64,000 nt of DNA from Takakia lepidozioides (taxonomy: Eukaryota; Plantae; Bryophyta), in NCBI GenBank assembly GCA_030704615.1, contig CM060734.1, positions 13,826,001 through 13,890,000 of the forward strand, given 5' to 3'. Below are positions 24,257 through 38,800 of the stretch, in pieces; the first letter of the stretch is position 1, and each line of letters opens with the position of its first letter. A model generated the notes under the pieces. The model ran no database searches. It was not told the DNA's origin and was given only the letters and a program-made list of their open reading frames with translations. Position numbers and translations under genes: made by a program.

Positions 24257-25861
24257 TTTTTTTTAATTTTTTTAATTTTTAATTTTTTTTTAGTAACAGG
24301 GGGATTGTAGCCCTGGAAATTTTATTATAGTAAGGAAAAATAACGTTACAAAAACCATAAGGTAGAGAACAAAGGTACCACTCAGAGCCTATAGTCCAAA
24401 GAAAGGAGGGGGAAGAGAAGTAATCAGGGACCTAAGAATGTCCCGGAGAAGCCTAAGGACTATCATCTCTAACCAGATAAGAGCATGACTACCATAGCCA
24501 CTATAGCAAGAAGAGAACCAGCTAAGAGCTAACCTCGAAGCCAGACCTGGGAAGGGAACTGAAACTAACAATGCCAGAGAAGTATGCTAATGGCAGCCCT
24601 ACAAAGGGCAAAACACCACTTAAGCATCAGAATCACTGTCATCTAACCAGAAAGAACCAGATCAGTTTGTCAAATTTGTAACAAAACCCAGTGTGCCTGC
24701 AACTGAACAAGCCACAGCCAGGGCCATACAAAGATGAAATTCAGAATTAGAGAGCCAGAGCGCTGATGAATAATCCTGCAAGGAAACATCGATCAGGCAG
24801 CATATAGCAATTGAGAAACAATGAAGACAGAGCTAAGAGCTAGTCCTCTTCCTTTTGGGAGCTTCAAAAGACAGTCGCGCCTTCGACTTTCCATTCCTAA
24901 GGCTATGCTTGTGCCTCCAGTTGACTTCACCATCTTCAACCTCAGCAGGAGAACTCCTAGCACTAACTGAGCTTCCAGCTGGGAGGGAGAGTTTCGAACC
25001 ATTCAATTCGGTCTTCCGTGTATCTGTAACAAAAGACACCAGATTTGCCCCAAGACTTGTCGAAGGAATCAAGGAGCTGGGCCTTTCTCCCGACACTGCA
25101 TTTGGAAACAGCTGCCATCAAAACAACCCATGCCTTCCGAGCTTCAGACAATAAGTCTGAGTGAGCTAAGCACAGTGTCTTCTGCAAACAGGGCATAGAG
25201 TTTTGGAAAAGGACTGAGCAGCGTGTTTTCCAAATGTTCCACAGAATTATGCCCCTAAGGGATTCCCAAACCGGACATGAACTGAAGGTTCTCCCATCTT
25301 TGATGTTGAGTAAAATGGCAGACATAGGGAGAGTGAGTCCATTGTCCCAGGCGGAATATAGAGCAGCAGCACGAGACCATACTGCTGAAGCGAATGGGCA
25401 GGAAACCAAGCAGTGTTCCAGATCCTCTGGCGCATTAAGATTACAAGTAGCACAGGCAGAGGGGGGATCCGAGATAAAGCAGCTCACCGGAACAATACTG
25501 ATTACTATTTTCCAAAGGAAGGAGGAGATTTTGGAAGATCTGTGTTTCCTCCAGACATCAGCCCACACATTTTTCCAAAGGATAGGCTATGGAATTAAGT
25601 GTTCTCACTTTTTAGACCACTTCCTATCAAAGGATTGTTTTGGGACCAGTAGTGAATAGCCAAGTTTAACCGTGTAAGAGAAAAAATGGTCATGTTTTTT
25701 GTTCATCCACCCCATTCACCGGGGGTCGAATTGCAACAAACTTATTGGAGCAGATAGGAACCAAAAGAAGGAATGACTGTAGTTTTGCAATTCCAGGGGA
25801 GGAGAAGGGTTGGCTTTACCAATGATAGAACAAAACACTCGGATCTCATAGCACTGGGTAC
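24257..25861 (-). mobile_element. LINE (L1-type) 3' fragment: zf-RVT region and ORF2 C-terminus plus A-rich tail
   Basis: ORF 24963-25568 has FLWKI…CATC…EDLEHCLVSCPFASAVW…ILWNIWKTRC, typical of the L1 ORF2 end. T-runs at 24257-24291 correspond to a poly(A) tail on the - strand. Confidence 0.75.
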
Positions 25862-26744
25862 TGTTACAGGGCTGTCTGGGACTTAGACGATTTATGGGTT
25901 CTGTGGGGTACCCTTAATTTTGCGCAGACATGGCTCTGCTGCCATAAGTCATCACAGGCCCACACAGGCCTTAAGGTGTGGCAGACACAGGCCCACACAG
26001 GTCTTACGAGGCAGGAGTCACAGGCTTACACAGGCCTCGGGGCATGATAGGCACAGGTCTGCACGGGCTTTAAGCTGTACAGGCTATCGCAGGCAGGGGG
26101 GTACGATAGTTGTGACCTCATAACTGAGCTTGACACAGCTGGTCACAGCTCCACACAACTCCACACGGGTCACAGGGCGCTGTTACCACTGGCGAGGAAC
26201 GAGAATGCGGGAACGTCACCAACATAGGGAACAATAGTACCGTGCGTACTGTCTTGGCTGACGGTTAGTTAGTTAAACGGTTAGAACAGCTTGCGGGTAG
26301 AAAGGGGAGATGAGCTACGGAGGAGGGATCACTTCTGGGCGCATGGACTTGGATTACACGGAGGCAAGTATGCGGGGAGGAGAGAGACGATGGGAGAAGC
26401 TTGATACTTGCAAGCTGTAGAGATGTTACTGTAGAGTAGACTTAGAGACACCATGGCTTTGGCTTGACATATGATAGTTATAAATACGATTCCTATTTCA
26501 TACTCACACTGTGTAGAGAGACCTGAGAGAAGCTGTGGAATGAATAACTAGAATATAAGATGGAACTTGGTAGATTGCAGAAGCAATCTGATACATAACC
26601 CTAGGTAGTAAGGTGTCTTAACTAAACATGAATGCAAGAAAGAATAGAATTAGGAAGGCACCCCCATGATACACTAGGTGTAGGTCCAAACTTTGTTTCG
26701 TAGAGAAGCTTTGGCCTAAAATTGTGAAAGGAGCGTTCCTCACA
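25862..26744. mobile_element. Probable LTR-derived segment (TG…CA bounded) between the LINE and the gag fragment
   Basis: Begins TGTTACA and ends …CCTCACA, non-coding, TATAAATA at ~26479. No matching TSD found. Confidence 0.35.
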
Positions 26745-28589
26745 CTTTCACTTCAATGGTCCATTCTGGGATTATTTCTATAATCCTGATTCCCTGGCAG
26801 CTAGTAATTTCCCCTTGGATTACCCTGATAGTTGCCTCTAGGATTACCTTGGTAATTCCCTCTTGGATTACCTCTTCTTGGCATATCATTGCTATATCCA
26901 CCAGGTCTACCATAGTTCCCGTGGTCATTGTTCCTTCTAGGCTGGGGTTGCACTTGATGCACTCTCACCCGCCTATTTTCCCTTGTACCTGCCTTTCTGT
27001 TGTAATAACAATTCTCAGTAGAATGGTTATCTATTTTACAGATAGCACAGTGTTTCTCCTTCATGTGGCATTCGGCTGTGGTATGGCCTTCATTTTGGCA
27101 TTTTGAGCACCAGGCACCCTGATAACGGCTAAGATACGAGGGCCAGACAGCAAGGGTCACGATGGGACATACCGGGTGGTGATTGGTCTACACTACGGGC
27201 AGAAAAGGCTAAGTACGCGGCACTTAGCAAACGGCGGAACATGGGTACATTACACGGGAGCAGTAGTGAGTAGTGTAGCAACCGTGGGCCGTGAACCACG
27301 ATATCACACGGCCACGTTAGCATCGGCTTTTACTAATAGAGGAAGTAGTGAAGGACCGTGGACCGTGTACCACTATGGCACACACCACTACAACGAGCCA
27401 TTTTTTTTTTTTGCAAACCCTTTAGGTTGCGTAGGCAGTTAGGCAACGGTCATTAACGATCGCAGGCTGTAACGGCTCTTTCGAGCATAGTATAAAAGGG
27501 CTGCACGCGACTTAGAAGGTATCAATGATCAGTGTGTATTCAGTGAACTCAGAGTGATTCGATGTGTACTTATGTTATGATGTGATGAACTCTGAAGTAA
27601 AGCCATGCTATTCGAAGTATCTCTGTGTAGAGTGAACGTGAAATGGAGAGAATGTGTATCATCTCAAAATAGCTCTTGTCTTGTCTTGACTACCATCTGA
27701 TTGTATGAACAAAGAAGCTTCAGTCTTTCCGACTAAGATCTTTTAGGCCAATGAGACTGTAGGTTGGGCTTAATCAATAGGATTAAGCAACCTGTAGAGA
27801 TATTGATTCATACGACGGCCATGGTTTAGCTATCCTTAGAACGATTACTTTGTAATCGTTTCTGAAAGCATACCGTCGGACAACCTCTGTTGCATGTCCT
27901 GGGAAATGGGCAGTAGTGCTGAGAGCCTGTTTTGTCTAAGTCATAAACCAGCGGTTAACATTTGGCGACCATACTGGGGACTAACGGTATGTTGAGTTCA
28001 AGTGAACTCAAGGAAGGATGGCTACTCAGTGATTTCTTGAAATCACAAAAGAATGAGTCAACGGAGGCAGAGGAATGGAAAGCATTCATGAAAAAATTTC
28101 ATGGCTTACCAATAGCAATACAACAGAAGATCTTTCTTTCAATTGCGAAAGAAGATGACAAATGGGATTAAAGGGAGGAGTGATCAGTATTACGACCTTG
28201 GGAATGTAGAATCAGAAGTGAAGAATGGTTGTCTCGTCTAGCTTTATTGATTACTCTAATCCCAATCAGAAAAGTTTGTTACACTAGTTATATTTTCAGG
28301 GAAGGATGTTCAAATTATGAATATTGTCATATGATCATAGAAGCAGTGGAGTACTGGATACCCAAAGACTTGTTACAAGTCAAATACACTGAGAAAGACA
28401 AATGGTATTATTGTGCCCATTAAAAGATTGGTGATCAATCAGTAAAGGAAAATTAAGTCGTGATACGGATTCTGGCAAGATAGTGTAAATCTTGGATAAA
28501 GAGTAGAGACCACTATAATTTTCTTTACTGACATACCAAGGCTTATTAAAGGGTGCTGAAAATGAACTCTGTATATGATGTGGGAATGA

Positions 28590-31500
28590 ATGAGGAAATT
28601 AGGAAAAAAGCAAGACAGAGCTGAAAGAATAGAGAAATATGTTGCAGAAAGGGAAGCTCGGTTGAAAAAAGAGTTCCCAGAATTACAAAACTTGAATATT
28701 ATTCAAGGTGAGACATCAAGACAAATTGACAGTGATAAACCAGAAGATCAGGAAATCGGATCTTTGGAAAGTGAAAACACTACACCAGAAGGAGTTGCAA
28801 GTAATAAACTTGGCGAATGGTTACCACAAGAAAGATCTGAAGGACCTTCTACAATAACAAGTCCGAATCGAGGTTTTGCTGAAATATTGGAAGAAAGATT
28901 TGAGAATATTCTGAGTGAAGAAGGTGAAAAAAGTGAAACTACTTCTCCAGAAAGGATAACCATGACTGCACTCAAAGCTTTTAAAGATTCATTAAACTTA
29001 GTAGGGACAGCAGCTGGAAGACGGCTATCATTGGGACAAGGACCTCCTAGTTTTGAATCATTGTTTGGAAGACAAACACCAACAACACCACTAGCCTTGA
29101 CAATCCCAACACCACCATAGCCAGCAGCACCGGGACCATTCCAGTTTGGACAGCCGGTTGCACCAGCAGCACCAATGGCTTTAGCGACAAGCAAAACCAG
29201 ACCGTCGTTTCCTTGATATGATGGGAAATCTGATCCGAATATCCATCTTAATCAATTTGAGAACATGTGCACCATTTACAATGAAGCAACAGACCAGGAA
29301 AATATCCGATTATTTCCTTGTTCAATGGCCAAAAAAGGCATTGAATGGTTGGCAACCTTTCCAGCCCATCACTTTGCAAATTAGGCGGATATGAGAGCCG
29401 CATTTCAAGAACGATATAGATCCAACAAATCCACGTCTAAAATCTTTACAGGATTACAGAACCTAAGACCAAAAAAAAAAGAATTGGTAGTCGACTACCT
29501 GGAGAGAATGAAGACTCTGATCAGGAAGCTACCTCAAGCACCAAGTGACGACTTGCAAAAATCATGGTTCATCAACGGACTTCGTCCTGAATATGTAACC
29601 ATGGTTACAGTCATGCCTAACAACACTTTGGCTGAAGCAGTAGGAACTACAAAGAAATTGGAATTGGGATTTCATCAGAGCAAAAGTAAAGATTCCAAGG
29701 ATCCCTTGGAAGAAGAAGACTCTGATGATGAAGAAAAACCCAAGCAAAAGAAGAAAGAAGTGATTGACAAAACCACTTTGGATCAGAAGATAGCAGAGGC
29801 TATCAAGAATTTTAAAGATGAAGGGCCACGAAAGGTGACATGGTGTCACAAATGCGGGACTGCATGACACTTGGCAACAGAATGCCACATGAAATACAAA
29901 TACTGTGATATTTGTCATATGAACAATCATAATACCAGCCATTGTATTTACAATCAACGGGCCAAGAAGAGTGGGTACACACGAGAGGTAGGGGTACACC
30001 AAGTCCAAATCCGACGGGAAGGATTGGATGGACCAAGACGATACAATATGGGTAATCGTTATCAGAGGCCATGAGATGACTATCCACCACGGGATAGAGA
30101 ACATCAACCCAAAAACAAAGAAATCACGAGATGTCACTATTGCAAGAAAGAAGGACACTGGAAACATGAATGCCAGTTGCGAATCAAGCATGAGGCAGAA
30201 GTGGGAAATATGGAAGCCGGACCGAGTGTAGCCGTGAGTGTGATAACTCCTGTAGTGGATACCTTTGTGGTAACCCGAACTCAGGCCAAGAAACAGAAAC
30301 CTCCAGATAAGGAGATTGAAGAAGAACGAAAACAATATCCAGAAAGTACAGCATGGCAGGAAGAAAAGAGCTTACACCAGGAGGTAAGTAAAGCCATAGC
30401 TCAAATGCAAGAGGGAACCCATATACCTTCTGGAGAGCCAACTCCAGATAATCAAATCAGACCAACGGTGAAGACCACGAATGCAACCACGGAAACAGAA
30501 TTGGCTGAAGTAATCAGCCAGACCAAGACCCAAATTACCATTGGACAATTATTAAAAATTGCTCCACACTGCAAAAAAAAACTTTATTTCGGGCAATTGA
30601 GGCATTGACCCCCACAAAAAAAACAAAAAACAAAAAACCCAACACCAGAGGTTTACACGATTAAACCCACAACTATACAACAAACTCCAGACTACGATGA
30701 CGCAATACCAGTAATACAAGTACGTATTGGACGGAAGCTGAAAACGGATGTACTCATCGATGGAGGATCCGGAGTGAATATCATGACAGAGAAGATGAAG
30801 AAGTCACTAGGATTGGGGCACATGGAACCTGCTCCATTCACGGTACGAATGGCCGATCAACGAAAAGTACAGCCATTGGGTATCATCAGACGACTTGCAA
30901 TGGAAGTAGCAGGACTGGTATATGAAGTATCAGTAACCATTCTCAGAATGGAGGATGTGGCAGAAGGATATTCGCTACTACTTGGCCGACCATGGTTAAC
31001 ACAAGCCCAATCACACATTGGGGAAGTCAGACTCTCACGATCAAAAAGGGATCAGAACAAGTCACTATCACTACGAAGCAACGAGGTACCATTCCACGAG
31101 AGAGACGACCTTGCATAGTGGAAGAGTATGATTGGTCCAGTGGACTGTCGGATAAAGAAGAAGCCACAGTATATGCAGCCCATCCACAGCTGGAACCTAT
31201 TGGGCAATCAGTGGTCAAACATACCACAATAGTAGGATGTCACATGGTGAACACCCAAGGAGAACCGAATACTCCGAGAACGGAAGATCCGGAGGAAGAA
31301 GCTATAGACACACCTCAACACCCTGCCCGTTTTTATCAAGAAAGGAAAGAGGACATTAAAAACAGTGAAGTACCTGCCACGATTTCAACCATCGGACAAG
31401 AGATTGCAGGATGGACAGTAACGGAAAAAACTCAATTGATTCAAGTGAATCTGGGAACAGTGGAAGAACCACAGATAATACGAGTAAGTGCAGGTCTTGA

Positions 31501-32033
31501 AGAATCATTTCTACAAGAAGCCACTGCATTATTCACTGAATACAAGGATGTATTCGCCTGGAACTACAAAGATTTGAAGGGTATACCTTCTAACATCTGT
31601 CAACACCGAATTGAATTAGAAGTTGACACAAAACCAATTCGTCAGAACCGTTACAGAATGGACCCCAACTATGCAGCTAAAGTTTGGGAAGAAATCAAGA
31701 AATTACTGGATGCAAGATTCATATATCCAGTAGAGACACCACAATGATTATCACCCATTGTGATAGTCCCCAAGAAGAATGGAAAATTACGAGTGTGTGT
31801 GGACTACCGCAAGTTAAACGCATGAACCAAGAAAGACCCATTTCCACTACCTTTCACCGAAATAGTGTTGGACACAATGGCAGGACATGAGATGTACTCA
31901 TTCATGGATGGGTTCAAGTGGGTACATCCAGGTGCAGATGGCAGAAGAAGACCGAGAAAAGACCGCATTCATCACTGAATGGGGAGCCTATGATTACAAA
32001 GTCATGTCATTTGGACTTTGCAACGCACCAGCT
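28590..32033 (+). pseudogene. gag-protease-partial RT of the 27120-36774 element
   Basis: Gag (WFINGLRPE, CHKC/CDIC knuckles), protease VLIDGGSGVNIM…LLLGRPWL, RT KKNGKLRVCVDYRKLN…MSFGLCNAPA. Multiple stops/frameshifts; homology ends at ~32033 (no YxDD, RNase H or integrase seen). Confidence 0.85.
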
Positions 32034-32941
32034 ATGATAGAGTCCTTATACATGACTTATACGCCAACGAGGAAGACCAAACCGCAGATGAGGAGTATGA
32101 AACCGCCAGTGCATACTACATTCATCACGACACGGTGAATCGACATGTACTAAGACAGGTGGCAATACGAGGCTAGACCACCATTCATTTGGAGGACAGC
32201 ATTACCACCCCGTATACCGTATGGTGAACCGTGGCCAGCACATATGCCCTACAGAACCGTGAACGAATACGAAGCAGCCAACGAGTCACTACTTGTGTTA
32301 AACTCCGAGATGTACGCTCCAGATTACCCCACCGACCGTGGGTATCATACACCACTAACCATCGATCATAACACGGAGGAAGAACGACGGCGCAATCCAA
32401 CGGATTGCCAAAAGACGGCGGATGATAAGGGCAAAGCCATTAAACCAAGCTGCAAATACTGCGCACACGCCACCCATCTAAAAACAGACCACATACCAAA
32501 ATGGATGAACACATCCAAGATGGATGAACGTAAACTGACCAAAACCGGACAATCATCAACAACCATCAGTTCCATCCAAGACAAACCACGAAGAAAACAC
32601 CAACGGAAGAAAATAATGCACATCCAGAAAAGGGATGAGGTTTACTCAAAACCGTTACCAGAAGCTAAATGCTTATTGGTAAGCCCGGGCCCAGCAATTA
32701 AAGCTAACTGCGCTTCAAACCTAGGTGGACAGCAGGACAGAATTACCTCCACGAGAACCTCGAGAGAAGTTAGAGAAGAAGCCTACAAAGGAGAACCCCT
32801 ACTTAAACCCAGAAACGAACCCCACACCTTCTCTTCCGCAAACTGGAAATTGCCGTCTACACAAATTCCAGTGTGCTTCATACTGCTCTTGATACAGGAA
32901 TGGTGTTCCAATTCCTTACAACAACATCAAAACTAAGGGAA

Positions 32942-35810
32942 ATGGCAGGCACCAAGCGGAAGACACCAAGCTCTTATGCGCAAGTGAATTTCAAAATCAG
33001 CCCGGCGTTGCGGAAAATCGAGCAGGACACAGAGACGCATGAGACGTTGGATAGTCTTGGCTTGCGGTACTTCATCACTACGGTGGACTGGAACCTTAAG
33101 CACAACGAGCTGTGCAGGGAGTTCTTGGAGAACTACAAAACCAGCACGTGAAGCACAAATGTCCATGACACACAGATTCTATTGACGGAGAAGTACTTGG
33201 CGGAAGTGTTTCACCTTCCCAGTCTGGACGTACCGCCGCACGGCGGCAAACCTCCAAGGTTTGTACTTGCGGACCTGTTTGAGAATCTCAACTAAGCCGA
33301 TCAGGGCTACACATGCAGTCACAACAAAAACCCCGGCTTTAAGAAGATAGCCCCGGTACTTAGCACGTTGTTTTGCCTCAGGCAAAACCACAGCTACTGC
33401 ACCAAAGAGCTAATCGATCAAGTGTTGATTTGCCTCAATGGGCAAATCGTGAATTGGGCAAGCTTCTTATTGAAAAAGTTAACCCAAGAATTGACCCGGT
33501 TGACAAAGAAGAAGAAGGAAGCGACTGTTACCATGGCTACTCCCTTGTTACTCCAAATGATTCGACACACTGTACACTTAACACCCGAAGAGCAAACGAC
33601 ATTGGGAATCATGCAGCGGGTAGAAACGATGGAGAAGGAAGGAAGCGACACAGCAGCAGGCAAGAGGAAGAAACACAACAATTGGAAGAAGAGGACGGAC
33701 TTGCAAAGAGAGCCCGGATCAACGAAGCAACCACAAGTGCAATAGCATAAAACATCTTCAACTTGACGGTTGATTCCACACTGCAGAGAGAAGGAGAGAA
33801 TCAACCGCAGACCAATGAAGCATCACCCATGGAAATTAGCCATGGTAACACCGAAACCCAGCAAACAGCACCTGCAGAGGCTACACAACCAGGAACAGAG
33901 GAGGGAGCCATAGTGGCGCAGCAATAGCAGGTGGTGCAAGAGGCACACAGTCAGCAGCAGCAAGACAATAATTCCAATTTGGAATTACTACTCGCACAAC
34001 AGGTTCTAGATACAACAGCATGGGACACAGGTTTGGAAGAAACGCCACAGAATGTAATTCTGCAGGCAATACAAGCATTGGGTCAAGTAACAACTTGCAT
34101 GGACAGGGCCAAGGATTACATAAGCCCGGAGAACCTTAGCATGATCTTAAACCACATCAAAGATAAACATCAGAGGGAATTGGCGACAGCAAGAACAGTA
34201 TGTAACCACGAGGTTACAATCACATCATTGGAAGATCAAAAGATCACTTTACTTCGCCAATACAACACTCTGATACAACGTAGAGACGAGTGGGAACAGA
34301 AGTGGCAAAGACAGAGAGACGAAACACGCCATGTCCAAGCCGACCTCGATGCAGAAAGAGAGTGATCTCGGAAAACGGAGACAGAAGTGGAAACACTCAC
34401 AGGACAGGTGCAAACACTTAAGGAGCAGGTGGATACACTCAAGGGGCAGCTGAAGACTGCCAAAGACCAAGGAAGCAAGTGGCTCTCATGCAACACTGTA
34501 CTGCTGAGGGAAAGGGAAAATGCTGAAAGCAGGCTGTTCACAGCCACCACAGAAAGGGAATGAACAAGAATGGAAACAGTAGCTGGAGAAGTTGACACTG
34601 CAAGCAGGGGTGGACGCAGCAGACGCAGCCTTGGCCCGCACCTGGTTGAGTGAAGGGAGTGAACTGGAAATGAAGAAACTCAACAGGGCAATGGTAAGAC
34701 AAATGAAATGTCAATTGGCAAAGTTGGTGACAGACATTCACGAGGAATTTCTGCCACCAATTCCAGAACAAGATGAGCTCATGGACGAAGACGATCAAGA
34801 GGAGCAAGACCATGAACAAGAAGCACTAATACAATCAACAACAACAACACCAGCACAAACACCACCAACAACACAACCACCACAAAGTCTACAGGCACTG
34901 GTATAGGCCACAGCAAGGCCATCTACTCAGGAGGTAAACCCCGTACCATTACCAAGTGTTCTGGTGGCATCATCTTCGGTAGCAGTGGATGATTTCCAAA
35001 TCATGCCATGCAAGCAGGATGGGGAGTGGCTAAAGTATTCAGAGGAATACTTTAAAATGATGATAGTCCCATCCCACCAAATCCCATAAATACTAGAAAA
35101 GGTATTCAAAACCTTAAACCCCCTGCAGGTCATTGGGTCAATTGCATCTGCTCAATCAAACTCTCATACCTTTGAGATATAGGATGAGGCCACTGGCTAG
35201 GGAGGAGACATGGTCAGGGGCACAATTGGTTGAATTCTGGCGCCAGGCTCCCCTGGAGTACAAGGAGCTGGTCGCTTACATGTGGGCAGTGGGGCGATTG
35301 AAGATTAATCCTACCCCGGCAGTAGACATTGTAATGGGCTGCCCAAGTTTTTATATTGGCAGTTACTTGTACCGGATGTTCGTGACAATGAGGGGAAGCT
35401 GGCAGTGCTATGAGAGTATTGAAAAAGATACTCACTGGGAATTATCCAAATTCCAGCCACCAGAGAGAGTCGTAGGCACTTCAACATATATGAACAGACC
35501 ATTATATGCTGAAGCATGGCGCCAGGCGAAATACCACTTTTCACCATTGGTCTTGGACAGAGACCACCCTTTCAGAGAAACAGGGACGCAAGCTGTTAAC
35601 TGGTTAATGGGCAGCAGGGCGACTAAAAATATTATACCCTGGACCAAGGAGGAGCTGCAAACCTACCGAGAAACCCTAACCACCAAAATTGACATGGTAC
35701 GTGGGGACAGAATAATAGAACACCCTGATGACGAAAGTTGGCCCACTCACGAACCACAGGAGCAACCAGACAGTGATAACAATAGAAACAAGAAGCTGCC
35801 ACCACGCTAA
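32942..35810 (+). pseudogene. Additional 3' ORF (unknown function, coiled-coil middle) of the 27120-36774 element
   Basis: Chain of same-strand ORF fragments (MAGTKRKTP…LCREFLENY; 33931-34365; 34592-34906; 35133-35810) between pol and the PPT. Confidence 0.55.
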
Positions 35811-38800
35811 TCCTGGGACGCACTTCCTAACCAGCAGACAGGCATGCCACCACCCTACATCCCCAAGAGATACAGCAAACACAGGAACTGACGAAATTGT
35901 GCGGACACAATTTCAAAAGAGAGGGGGGAATAAATGATAACGGCTAAGATACGAGGGCCAGACAGCAAGGGTCACGATGGGACATACCGGGTGGTGATTG
36001 GTCTACACTACGGGCAGAAAAGACTAAGTACGCGGCACTTAGCAAACGGCGGAACAAGGGTACATTACCACGGGAGCAGTATTGAGTAGTGTAGCAACCG
36101 TGGGCCGTGAACCACAATATCACACGGCCACGTTAGCATCGGCTTTTACTAATAGAGGAAGTAGTGAAGGACCGTGGACCGTGTACCCCGATGGCACACG
36201 ACCACTACAACGAGCCATTCTTTTTAGCAAACCCTTTAGGTTGCGTAGGCAGTTAGGCAACGGTCATTAACGATCGCAGGCTGTAATGGCTCTTTCGAGC
36301 ATAGTATAAAAGGGCTGCACACGACTTAGAAGGTATCAATGATTAGTGTGTATTCAGTGAACTCAGAGTGATTTGATGTGTACTTATGCTATGATGTGAT
36401 GAACTTTGAAGTAAAGCCATGTTATTCGAAGTATTTGTGTGTAGAGTGAACGTGAGATGGAGAGAATGTGTATCATCTCAAAATAGCTGTTGTCTTGTCT
36501 TGACTACCATCTGATTGTATGAACAAAGAGGCTTCAGTCTTTACGACTAAGATCTTTTAGGCCAATGAGACTGTAGGTTGGGCTTAATCAATATGATTAA
36601 GCAACCTGTAGAGATATTGATTCATACAACGGCCATGGTTTAGCTATCCTTAAAACGACTACTTTGTAATCGTTTCTGAAAGCATATCGTCAGACAACCT
36701 CTATTGCATGTTTTGGGAAATGGGCAGTAGTGCTGAGAGCCTGTTTTGTCTAAGTCATAAACCAACGGTTAACACATACTTCCTCCAGTGTACTGCAGCT
36801 TCTGTAGCATACTTCTTCAGAATGTCTTCCATTCTTTTCTCATAGTTATCTCTCTTTAACTTTTCCTTCTTCTTGGACTTTTTCTTAGCCTCTTGTTCCT
36901 CTTCCTCATCTGAATCATCTTCAGAGTCGTCATCATCCTTTTTATCCTTCCTGAGCATTTTTCCTTGCTCAATTCTGTTGGCTGTTTCAAATTCCTCTTC
37001 CACTGTATTATGTGGTAACATATCCACTTTCTTTTGTACCTCTGGTCTCAAACCATTTACAAACCAAGCCTTTTCTAAACTTGCAGGTGGCACATCAGCC
37101 AGTTTCCTGACCATTAATTCAATCTTTTCCAGATATTCCTCAACAGTTTCATGCTTCTTCTGTCTCAACTGTTGTAGGCTACTATACACTTCCTCCGCGA
37201 TTTTGCTTGTCCTGAATTTCCGGAATGCTATTCTAAGAGCATTCCAGGTTTGAAAATGGTTATCAACAAATCGTGCATACCACTCAATTGCTTTCTTGAT
37301 AAGTGAACAAGGAAATAATCTCAATTTTGCATCATCATCATTCTTGTTGTTCACTACACACATGTGCTCAAATTGATTGATGTGTACATCAGGATCCCCT
37401 TTTTCTTGAGTAAATCGGAAAATGTGGTCTCATACGTGTTGGAACTATTGCTGCCATCTGTGGCCCTTATACTACCGGCCCTGTGGCTAGTGTTGGACCT
37501 CCTGTGGGTGCTGGTCCTTGAGGACCCCATGTGGTAGTGGTTGAACCCCCACCAAGTGTTCCTTGAGCACTTACTATTACAGACCCCACTGTATTTGCAG
37601 TACCCCTAGTTCCAGTTGCACTACTTCCCACACTCCCTGTCCCCCCAAAGACGGATCCAAGCTGCTTGCCCGATCCCCCTGAGCCGACACCTTTGTTGGC
37701 TAGTGATCAAAGTGTGTCACTTGATCCTGGTCCAACAGGCTGGGATGTCCTGGTTGCAGTACCAACATCAACTATTGGGTCTATGTCTTCATAATCATCA
37801 TCTTCCAAGTTTCTATCTCGTCTTTCATCATCCAAATTCTTATCATGAGTTTCTTCTTCGCTTATATAACTCAATTGAATTGTTGTTGGAGAGTTTGAAC
37901 TCTCTGCAGGCTCTTCCTCATCCTCCTCTCCTTCATTGGCTGGTTTATCAGAAACTGGAGTTCCTGCTCTTGGTGTACCGTGCCAACTTTGATCAAAGAT
38001 TTATGTCAAATCTTTTATCCAGGGATGCACCTCCGATCTTTCCCCTTGAGATTAACCCTCTTCATGTACCAAATCTCTTAATCTTTCTTGTAAAGAATAA
38101 GAAAGAGTGGCATCTAAATTAGGATCTTCAGGTATTGGTGATGTACCATCTGGTTTTGGTGGAGTGAGAGGTCCATATGATTCTCCTATGTCTATTCCTC
38201 TCGAATATTCTCAAGAGAGTGCATGATGCTGATCCAGAGTGGGGTCTGGAAAAATGAGTGATAAAGATTTATCAAGTGGCCTGTAAAGGGAGAGCGAGAT
38301 GGGTACTGGTCAACACTAGTTTATATGATAGCGTTGCTATCTATTAAACGAGTAGAGTTTGAAAGCTGGGAAGAATCAAGAGTGAACGTTTACACTCATA
38401 TGCATGAAGAGCTTGAATTTAAAGAATTGGATTCCCAAGGATATCTTGTGGATCAAGCTTACACCAAAAACAGCTTTTCAGACCTGCCTACCATATGGTT
38501 ATATGGTAACTGAGTCTTCTAGTCTAGCCAAGGGTGCGTTAAAGCTCAAAAGAAATCCAGGCATGCGTGGTATGGCGGAGTTGTCTGCCATGGTTGCTCA
38601 CACTCCATTGTGGGGTACGAGCAAGGATTTGCAGCAGGCTGCTGATAGACGGGTGCAACAAGCCTGGGTAGAGGCCTTTGTACCGTCAAGAGAGGAGGAG
38701 AGTGCGGTGATTGCACCAGGACCACCTCAGTTGTCGCCATTGGACACCACACCTCTTGTGTGGCAGTGCCCGGATGAAGGCATATGCCTTCTGGACTTGT

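Larger units (their letters stand above)
27120..36774 (+). mobile_element. Full-length, internally deleted tRNA-primed Ty3/Gypsy (non-chromovirus-like) LTR retrotransposon
   Basis: LTRs 27120-27960 and 35935-36774 (TGATAACGG…GGTTAACA, ~840 bp, highly similar). PBS TGGCGACCATACTGGGGA at 27963 (tRNA-Arg-like); PPT AAAAGAGAGGGGGGAA before 35935. Flanks CACCC/CATAC are only a degenerate TSD. Confidence 0.9.
26745..38280 (-). mobile_element. Degraded Ty3/Gypsy gag element interrupted by the 27120-36774 insertion
   Basis: Gag KLRLFPCSL…WFVNGLRPE (37363-36775) resumes at 27119 with zinc knuckles WCSKCQNEGHTTAEC and CAICKIDNHSTENC. Confidence 0.75.
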
